A DNA stretch of 59,028 nucleotides, filler included, from Sphacelaria rigidula (lineage: Eukaryota): assembly GCA_964200075.2 (NCBI GenBank). It is 5 parts of 5 records of this genome, joined end to end, with 100 filler letters (N's around TTAATTAATTAA, not from the genome) between each part and the next. Parts side by side here need not be neighbours in the genome. Positions count along the whole stretch, not along the records: positions 47,305 to 59,028 come from CAXNAA020004589.1; 4 more parts are not named here. One strand, 5' to 3'. The translations under genes and the position numbers were made by a program. Shown one piece after another: positions 50,921-59,028 of the stretch. Each line of letters starts with the position of its first letter. Position 1 is the stretch's first letter. The notes below the pieces were generated by a model. That model ran no database searches. It was given only the letters and a program-made list of their open reading frames with translations, and was not told the origin of the DNA.

Positions 50921-52247
50921 CAAGTCCACAAAGTGAAGGAGCCGGGTAAGCGATCGCTTCCCTCCTACTACGGCTACGAGGTGAACGTCTCCGCCGATCG
51001 CATCCACCGTCGGAGTACCGGCAGCGCGAGTAAGCCCTTCGCCGAACTTTCCTGCTGCCGTGGCTGCACTCCCCCCTGCCCCAGTTCCCCCCTTGGTCGT
51101 TGCTGTCACTTCGTTGGTCTCTGCCATTTCCTCAGCGCCGGTTCTCAGACCATTCGTCTCCCCAATCGATGCAGTAGCAGGTGCTGACTCCACAGCTGTC
51201 GCAGCTTCCGTCTTCAACACCCCTTCATATTCCTCTTGCTCTTCTGCGTTGCTTGGGTCCTTGACGTTACCGTGTGGTGCAGCTTCGTAGCCGCCCTGTG
51301 TCCAATCGATCACCGCCGCCGGGGTTCGTCCGTCGTGCATGAGGTTGTTCGCCCCGACGCTGGTCACGTACGCCGCCGGCGACAATCCGCTAAATGAACC
51401 ATCTCGTCCGTCGGTCCTGCCCGCTTGCATCGGCTCACCACTGCCATGCAAACTCAAACTGCTAATTTCCGGGTCGCCTGACCCGAGAGACGGCCGGTCC
51501 TTCGAACTTCCGTTATCGGTCACATAGATTTCGCGGTCTTTCTTTTTCTGCACTTTTTCGGTCGAATTCTTATTTTGAGGATCTGCACTCGGGAGTGCAG
51601 AGAGCGCCGCAGCAACCGTACGCATAGCAGCAGCAATCACCCGCAGCTTCGTCTCGGTTGTGGATGACTCCGCACTTGATTCAATGCCCGCGGTCGCCGT
51701 GTGGTCTGCGTCGGCATATAGGCCTCGTTCCACACGCTCTCGCTCTGTTTGCCGCCCGCAGTCAACACTTCCTGTGTCAATAGCAGCCGTGTGGTCTGCG
51801 TCGGCATACGGGCCTCGTTTCACACGCTCTCGCTCTGTTTGCCGCCCGCTGTCAATGCTTTCTGTGTCAATACCAGCCGCTATACCCGATATTTGTGACT
51901 GCATCTCTATTCTTGACTGTAGATCTTCACCAGTGCACGGACCCGTTATTGGGCTAGCTGCTTCTACGGGATTTCTCGGCCAACCGTCGAGACCACTGCT
52001 CGACACGCCGTTTGCACCATAGGCGGTGCCCTTGACTGTAGCGGCGGAGAAAGGTGAGCGTATATCCGAAGGGGCATTTTCAAGGGGTACTACGCCCTCA
52101 TCATAACCCCTGCCGGAGGCGAGCCCGCCAGGAGCACCTTTTCTCCCGGAAAAACCATTGCTCTGCATCTTCGGACGCGCGAAGTCGATCACGTCCGCCC
52201 TCGTGGCTCGGAGGAGATCGTCCACGGACAGTTGAGAGTCGAACCCA
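50921..52247 (-). CDS. Exon d: end of YbaK domain (GFDSQLSVDDLLRATRADVIDF), long S/G/A/T/E-rich linker, start of OB fold (VHLVAVVGGKRSLTRLLHFVDL)
   Basis: Overlaps the 496-aa ORF 50735-52225. Acceptor tttcatcAG in phase 2 matches exon c; donor TTG|GTGAGC; 1327 nt = 1 + 442 codons. Confidence 0.85.
51696..51875 (-). repeat. In-frame 90-bp (30-aa) tandem duplication within exon d
   Basis: IDTESIDSGRQTERERVKRGPYADADHTAA / IDTGSVDCGRQTERERVERGLYADADHTAT. Confidence 0.9.
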
Positions 52248-52501
52248 CTGATGAAAGAAAGTGGGGTTTGGCATGAATGTAACGCACGCCAAGAGGGTTG
52301 GACCGGCGAAGTGGGGTATCAGGTAATTGTGACCGTGGCTTCTGTGAACGTATCAATCGTCCCCAGAGGGTGTCGTGGGCGCATATCAAAACTCGGGTGC
52401 TTTACGGCTACTCCATAGACTTGCTCTAAATACAGGCATGCACCATTTATTAGTCGCGATTACACTTTACTATGCAGCTGCGGTGCCCAATTCGTTTCAA
52501 C

Positions 52502-52650
52502 CTGCAGCCAGCACCCCCGATGACCGTCGAGAACTGAAGCACCTCCTTGTCCACAAGTATAGGGAGTGGGACCCTGTGCCCAAGAGGGGGGATTGTGCCT
52601 ACTTCGAAGCCCGTCAGTTCTTCCACAAACGTAGCTCCCGCCAACGTGAC
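52502..52650 (-). CDS. Exon c of YbaK-like domain: VTLAGATFVEELTGFEVGTIPPLGHRVPLPILVDKEVLQFSTVIGGAGC
   Basis: Acceptor ttacacAG, donor AG|GTTGAA; 149 nt. Carries the YbaK/ProX signature 'EELTGFEVGxIPPLGH' (GxxxP loop) and the 'VD' and 'GAG' motifs. Confidence 0.88.
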
Positions 52651-53339
52651 CTGTGTAATCATTCGTGAGGTATCGAACGAAAGCATTATGCGACAGAGAA
52701 TCTAACGCGCGTATGAGACTAATTCTCAACGTTGGGGTTGATTTTCAAATCTTTGCGTCGGCTTTCCCATTTTCCGCAGCGGATGTCGGAAAAAAGAAGA
52801 AGGGTTTCATGGTCAACAGTTTCGGGCCGCCGACTACATACCACATCCCATCTGGTCATAACAGTAACCTAAGGCGCCAAATAGCATCCTGTCTACCTTC
52901 AAGAATAGCATCATCGCAGTTGCAGTGCAGCGCAGTCGTGGCGTATGCAGTGTCAGAGCTGTGCGTGCGCTACGCTGCTTCAAACAGGCTGCAGTGTGCT
53001 GTCTGTGGGGGGGAGCATATCTTTCAAATCGGAAAATATAGGCCCACACGGCTTCGAAAAATATGCCTATCACATTTTCGAAAAGAAAACGTGTACAAGT
53101 GCTCAAACCGGAAAGATGAACATAGACTGTCCGGGACGAAAATGAAAAAAACAAACAATTCTTTCTGTTGCTTTGAACAGCGCCAATTCCGTCCCTGCAC
53201 TACTCTAGCGACGGGACTGGCACGAGGTGTGATGGATACAAGCTGCGCACATACACCAGCGCAGAAACGCTTTTCCCCACCACTGTTGAGGACACACGAA
53301 ACCCGAGATAAAGGTCCACTCTGCACATTAGCCTGATAC

Positions 53340-53432
53340 CTGTCGCCTAAGGACGCCGAAGTGTTCGGCCATTCTGCCCGCATCGGCCACCATATCCTCC
53401 CGCAGCACGGCCGCGAACGCACTGCCTTTCGC
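53340..53432 (-). CDS. Exon b of YbaK-like domain: AKGSAFAAVLREDMVADAGRMAEHFGVLRRQ
   Basis: Acceptor tatgcAG, donor CAG|GTATCA; 93 nt, phase 0/0. Matches the YbaK 'lvvl.gd..vd..kla..lg' segment. Confidence 0.8.
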
Positions 53433-53907
53433 CTGCATAGTGCGCGATCGGACCATTCAGCACCTGGCTCACTACGATATTGCGCATCTATGTGGGCAAG
53501 GGCGGAAGACTAAAGCCATTCAACGCACACTGTAACTCACGGAAGAATCTTCTGCAAAGAAACGGTCGGTATGCTGTTTGATTTCATTGATTGATTCCCG
53601 TACTTTGACTGACCCCCCAGGGATCCAGCCGTGGTCTCATGATAGACTAAAACACGCTCTAAGGAAAAAAGAAAAAAGGAACAGAAAAAAAAAAGATAAA
53701 AAAGAAAGAGGGGTCGAACATAACGACATAGCAGACGAAGTCGCGACAAAAACAAAGCAATAAAAAGTCAACACAAGCAAAGCACAGAAATAAATGGTCG
53801 ATCTAAAACAAGGAAAAGGAAAAGAAGAGGAAAGTACGGAGCAAATAAAATAAAATACAATGAAACGACGGAAAAAAGTACATCTAAAAAAATATTTGTC
53901 CCACTTT

Positions 53908-54198
53908 GAACCCTTCCCTTCTTCGGGACGAGTCCGTGGTCTAATGGTCTCGAGGAAGTAACCTATTTCTCCCCGGCACACACCTTGCATTTTGGTCTTG
54001 CGGGCTGGGCCAGCACTCCCCCACCGCGTTAACTCACGTCAAACAAATTCCGCCAACTCCTTTTTGTGTACTCACGCACTCACGGTATTGACGGTGGTAA
54101 TCAGATACTTGAGAGAAAAAACGCCAACGCATCGGGAATCGAAACAACGTTATCTCTACTCGTATGGTGATAATTGGACCATTACACCACTGGAGCGC
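53908..54198 (-). mobile_element. tRNA-derived SINE (family A, copy 2), intronic
   Basis: A box TGGTGTAATGG, B box GTTTCGATTCC; colinear with 20254-20539. A related body fragment lies on the opposite strand at ~54940-55050. Confidence 0.75.
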
Positions 54199-54545
54199 AT
54201 CGGCTTCAGGAACTGCAGCAGGGCTCCCCACGTGGTCCCCCACCGCAGTAATAGCCTTACCCGACACCGCTTAACTTCACAGAGCGGATGGGGTGTGGTG
54301 TTATCGACGTGGTATGGCCGTACCGTGTACTGTATTAATTCGAAGAGTCTCCCTCGTGCGCCAACGGGTCGGCGTCGTAATCCTGACGGATATTTCGATG
54401 AGGTCGTGCGACCCTGCTCAATATGTTTCTTAGTAGTGCGATCAGCATTTCACGCGACTATGCCGTGAGTTCACAATGGTGTTAGTGCACTGTACTGTGT
54501 AGTGTATCACAGCCGCAGGAAGGACACGAATCTCGTTGAACTCAC

Positions 54546-54642
54546 CTGAAATATCACTGTCTTGACATAAATGATCTCACCATCGCAGGAGGTCACCGTA
54601 TTCGCCGACGCAGGTACTACCGCAGCAGAGTCCAAACCATGC
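54546..54642 (-). CDS. Exon a (first visible, internal) of YbaK-OB-(exonuclease) multidomain protein: HGLDSAAVVPASANTVTSCDGEIIYVKTVIFQ
   Basis: Acceptor ccactctacAG and donor CAG|GTGAGT; 97 nt (1+96). Contains the VKT motif matching the conserved Lys of YbaK/ProX deacylases. Splices in phase 0 to the next exon. Confidence 0.8.
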
Positions 54643-56629
54643 CTGTAGAGTGGCAAGGTGTCGTTGCACATGGTTAAATCAAGCGGCAATTGATGACGCA
54701 TCAGTTTACGGGCCGGTTCCGTACACGTGTAAAATATACGGCGGATTCTCAACTCGCCTTGGCAGACGTGTTTTGGGTTAAAGAGTAACATCGTCCGTGC
54801 TCCTTTCATGCGTGACTTTTACATCCGGTTCTGCAGTGGTCCAGTGCGGAACACAGATGATGACTGTGGAAGTTGTCCGAGCATTGGACACTACTATTTT
54901 AGGAACCTTGTTCTTTTCATCGAGCACAGCAGCTTTACGTTAGAGTCTCTACCGGGAAGGAACGGGTTGATCCCTTGATACCACGGACTCGTCGAAAGGA
55001 AGGCGAGGGTTTGACGGTGTGAATGTGACCTGAAAAATAAAAGCCTGACCCTGACGACCAGCGAAGCAAGCGTCGCCGTGTAGGCGTGGCGACGGACGTT
55101 TTCAATATTGCTGTACAATACACCCTTTGATATCCGCGAGTACCCGGGTGAATTGCACCCCTACCTACTCTACCCAAGTGTCGAGTAGATTGGGTGCGAT
55201 CTCAATACTCTATAAAAAATTTCGGGTGGAGTTGGGTATGGTCTCAATCCCCTGCCCGAAATACGGGTAAATGTCTTCAGCAATACCAAGGTACAGAGTG
55301 TTACTTGGGTATAATCTCAGTAACCATGACCGCCGGTGACTTCGTGACGTCACTTCGCAGACTACCTTGATTGTGAGGGAAAATGATAACCGCCGAGGGA
55401 AATGATGACCGCCAGAAATAAAAATAGGGTGTAGTTGAATCGCCCCGCAAATGACTTGTGTGCTCGAGCAGACGGGTAGAGGAGGTGAGAAATGAGCAAC
55501 AACACGGACCACACGCTGCGAGTACCGAAACTACCACAGACAGTGCAGTCAGTGTAATGTAGTACAGATAGTACAGGACAACAAAATACTCAGTGTACAA
55601 AACTATACCAGTACGGCCTAGTAAGTTTAAGCTTACGTCTGTGTTTTATACGATTGCTGCTTGTATTTCTGCCCAGTCCCGTCTTGTACTCGGGTATACT
55701 TGACTGCACGGTCTGTACATTAGTAGTTGTGGTAGTTGTGGTAGTGTGTGGTGTGTAGAACAAAGAGAGATACCATGAGTGTTGTCAACGGGCAATTAAT
55801 TGCGCTGTACGAACTGGTGCAGCGTGAACGGTGCTGGGACTTCCGTCCTGCCCTGTCCTACAGCATACTGATCGAACTGTCCGTACAGTCAGTTGTTTCG
55901 GTAGCGTGTGGTGTCTGGAACGTATACTTGTAAGACCCGAAAATATCAATACAACAAACAGGTGAAGTTGATTTTTTCGTGTACGATCATGGGTAAACGT
56001 GCGAAAACGGGTTTTTCAAAAACATTTGCATAGAGATGTAAGTTACGACAGACAGCAGGCGGGGCACGATATGTACTTTTGAGCAACCGGGTACAATACC
56101 CGCACACGTGGCCAACCGGCTCCCATCCAGCGTAACTTTTTTCAACCCTCAGGGTATTTCGTAATACTCTGCATTGGTCGTTGTTGCTTACTAGAACTTG
56201 CAGTCCTCTGCGATCCTGTGGAGGGCTTCATTCCCTCCAGAAGAATATATGCCCGCTGAAGGTTTTACATGCCTCATACTCTTGAGCAATCTTGACGCTC
56301 TACTATAGAGTATTTTTCTTTCTGATAAACTCTCGAGGTGCAAGCCTTGTGGGAAGTAATTCCAGAGGAATATTTGCACTCTAGAGCTTTCACATGCTGT
56401 ATGCTCTACAAGAATCTGGATACTAAAGTATATATTAAAGTATATATATGTACATCCCCTAGAGTATATAGTATCCTTTGGGGTGATTTTGAGGGGGAGC
56501 CGATTGGCAACGTGTGTGCATATATTCACTTTTCTCAAGGTTTGAGCGAATCGGGTAGAGTTGGGTACGATCTCAATACTCTACAAGCTGGTTCACGCTT
56601 ACCACCCAAAAAACACTCATCGGCAAAAC

Positions 56630-57570
56630 CTCACGCCGTTCAAGGAGTTAGACCCTTAAATTTTGCACAGATGTTATCTGGGTCATTACGCAACTTTCGA
56701 AGAACGAATTTTGTTTCTTCACTTTTCTACTTTTCGACTGTTTTCACCGTTTTTCGGGGGTCTCCATTTTTTCGGGAAAAGAGCAGCGCTACGGTATGGG
56801 TACACTTTTTTCGCGAAATCATGTCTAGTTCAGGGGCTCCTAACGATTCTAGATGCACAAGAATATGGATCAGGGCATCCCCGTTTGCAAATTTATCCGG
56901 GATATACACAGCACATTGGACTAGTAATCCTGGCGTACGTTCACATATTTTCATAGATGGTGTTTCGCATGACATCAAGGGCTCCTAACAATTCGAACCT
57001 CAAAAAATATTTGTGCACCCCTACCGTAGCATCCCTTACAAAACACCGATCCAATCGGACCCCCGTAAAATGGTGAAACATTTGAAAAAAAATCGCTCTT
57101 CCAAAGTTGCGTAATCACCCATAGAATAGCTGTGCAAAATTTCAGGGTCAAACTCCTCAAAACGGCGTGAGGTTTTTCGCTTTTGTGCGATGAACCCTGG
57201 CGTGCCGCGGTGAAACTACAAACAACTTGATTTTTGTACCAAAACGGCGTTTTTGGGCCTTCTTTGACGGGAACATGAAAATTCAAGCATCAGTTGATCG
57301 AGTTTTGCGACGAAATTTGTGCGGCCCTTCCTTGGGTTATGCGTCGACAGCTCGTGCGCGAATACGTATGTATATATATATATATGTATTGAAGTGCCAG
57401 TTCTCCGGGGTCCCAGAATGGAGACTACTTCGAAAAACTCCCATCAGACCCCCGAAAAACGGTGAAAAACTCAACAAGATAAAAAACCTCGTACACAGAG
57501 AGTTGCGTAATGACACATAGCATATTTGTGCAAATTTTCAGGATCGAACTCCTAACAATGGCGTGAAGCT
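56630..57570. repeat. Cluster of three copies of a non-autonomous repeat (one inverted, two direct)
   Basis: GTTGCGTAAT.AC.CATAG.ATA.(C/T)TGTGCAAA.TTTCAGG.TC.AACTCCT at ~57107 and ~57502; reverse complement at ~56645-56695. Confidence 0.7.
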
Positions 57571-58889
57571 TTGCGCGTTTGCAGAGGACGTGGGCTTAAA
57601 ACGTGCAACTCTTAACTACTTGGTTTGAGTATGTAAACGTCTTATGGGGTGCATTTCAAGTCAAGGCAAGAAAAACTATGAGGTTTTCGATTTTCTCCGC
57701 CAAACTTTGTAGATGTGTTCCTTGGACTATTTCGGGACGCATCATTTCATCATTTGGGGGGGGGGGCATTCTGTACTGCCTTCCTGGGGTCTTCATACTG
57801 GGACCCCTGGAAGCCGGTAGTGAACGGAGAAACCATGAAATATTGTCAAAAATACATTTTTTCCGTTTGGAGCATCAATACCTACGGAACTGCCAAGTTC
57901 GAGAGTGATCTGAGCTTTTCTACAACAGATATAGGGGACACCGTCACGAGGCTCCCCGGGTCTTTCGTGTTCATCATTAGTGGAAATTAGACGACGCCAA
58001 CATCACCGAAACATCACGGTTTTGGGTATAATACGACCCCTGTAGTAACCGTTTCATTTTTTTTGTTTTCGTTCGATTCCCGAGCTGATGACAGTTACAA
58101 CGATTTGAAGTATGTGGAGATTGGGTGAAAATTGGGCTTGAAATTCGTAATTTTGATCTCGGAACAATTTGACGGGCGCTGATTGGCCGATGCACCTTTT
58201 CGCCCTCAACGTTACCACTATGACCTTACACACAAATCCGGCTATGTCACGCTCTTCAGTTGCCCATGGTGGTCAGTATGATGTCATGTATGCGACTATT
58301 GGGTAGGTATTGCGAAAGACATTTGCTGATGACACAATTTTGAGTGATAAACGTGAACCAGCCTGTACAAATATTGGGTGGAATTGGGAACGTTTCCAAT
58401 ACCAACAGTATAATTTCTTGAGGTAATTGGGGCATAATATCAATACTCGACCCACAAATAGGGTAAAGTACTAGAGAGTTTCGGAAGATGTTTTTTCTCA
58501 TCATAGAGTCACAGTGCAGAGTGGAAGCTTTGAAACTTCAGAGTGGACCCCAAAAAGTTCATAGTGGAAGCTGATGTAACGTGGCTTGACGCGATTTTTT
58601 TTTGTCGCAGTGACTGGCCGCAGGTTGCCCCGCCAAATATGCGATCGACCAGCGTCCAGTTTGAGAGTGAATAGGTCGGCACAACGCTGAGTGTACCGTA
58701 CCCTGCGGCACCGTACGTACGTACACTACGCTTCACTGCACATGCAGTACTTCCATCCACTACGGCGCACTACAGGGCACTGTAGTGAGTGTTGTGCAGT
58801 GTGGAGTACAGACAGTGCAATGCAGAACCCAATAACAGTGCATTGCGGTACGGTGAACAGCAGCGATACCATATAGACAGTTAGTTGTA

Positions 58890-58980
58890 CAGTTATGGGC
58901 GCGCCTGATCCCCCAAAATAAGCACAAAAAGTGTCACCGACCGAAAGCACGAACAGACCGGAGGTCTCGTTCATCCCGTG
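58890..58980 (+). mobile_element. Left TIR of another copy of the same Tc1/mariner-like family
   Basis: TA|CAGTTATGGGCGCGCCTGATCCCCCAAAATAAGCAC...GTTCATCCC closely matches 28236-28325. Confidence 0.8.
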
Positions 58981-59028
58981 TTTTTTTTTTTTTTTTTTTC
59001 CTTGTTGACAGGAAAGAAACTTAAACCA

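Noticed and set aside
56338-56988. 216-aa ORF (likewise 52665-53336 and 8333-8959)
   Set aside because: These run through repeats or intronic sequence with no domain signature; likely spurious.
1-59028. Integrated giant virus (phaeovirus) genes or Fanzor/TnpB nuclease
   Set aside because: No intronless gene-dense segment, NCLDV core-gene motif or RuvC/zinc-finger TnpB pattern was recognised by eye.

Overview
Repeat-rich, intron-rich eukaryotic genomic DNA. The style (long GT-AG introns, tRNA-derived SINEs, LINE C-terminal motifs) suggests a brown alga (Phaeophyceae, Ectocarpus/kelp-like); this is an inference. The window joins five contigs with four 100-nt N-gaps carrying an artificial TTAATTAATTAA linker, plus one 10-N gap. 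Three host genes can be partly reconstructed by hand, all on the minus strand. (1) 48316-54642: seven phase-consistent exons encoding a YbaK/ProX-type aminoacyl-tRNA deacylase domain, a ~400-aa low-complexity linker, an aaRS-type anticodon-binding OB fold and what looks like the lead-in to a Mut-7/RNase D-type 3'-5' exonuclease domain. This is the most interesting item, a candidate multi-domain tRNA quality-control protein. (2) 40528-42411: two exons of a subtilisin-like (S8) protease. (3) 2421-4261: the last two exons of a charged coiled-coil protein. The rest is mostly decayed transposable elements: a Gypsy/chromovirus pol, an APE-RT LINE interrupted by a 268-bp solo LTR with a 4-bp TSD, a LINE 3' end with a (CAA)n tail, a 2.2-kb Tc1/mariner-like TIR element, hAT-like ends, putative MULE (one possibly carrying a Ulp1 protease) and KDZ remnants, foldback MITEs, SINEs and satellites. 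No rRNA, functional tRNA or CRISPR array was found. All family assignments come from motif recognition by eye, not database searches.
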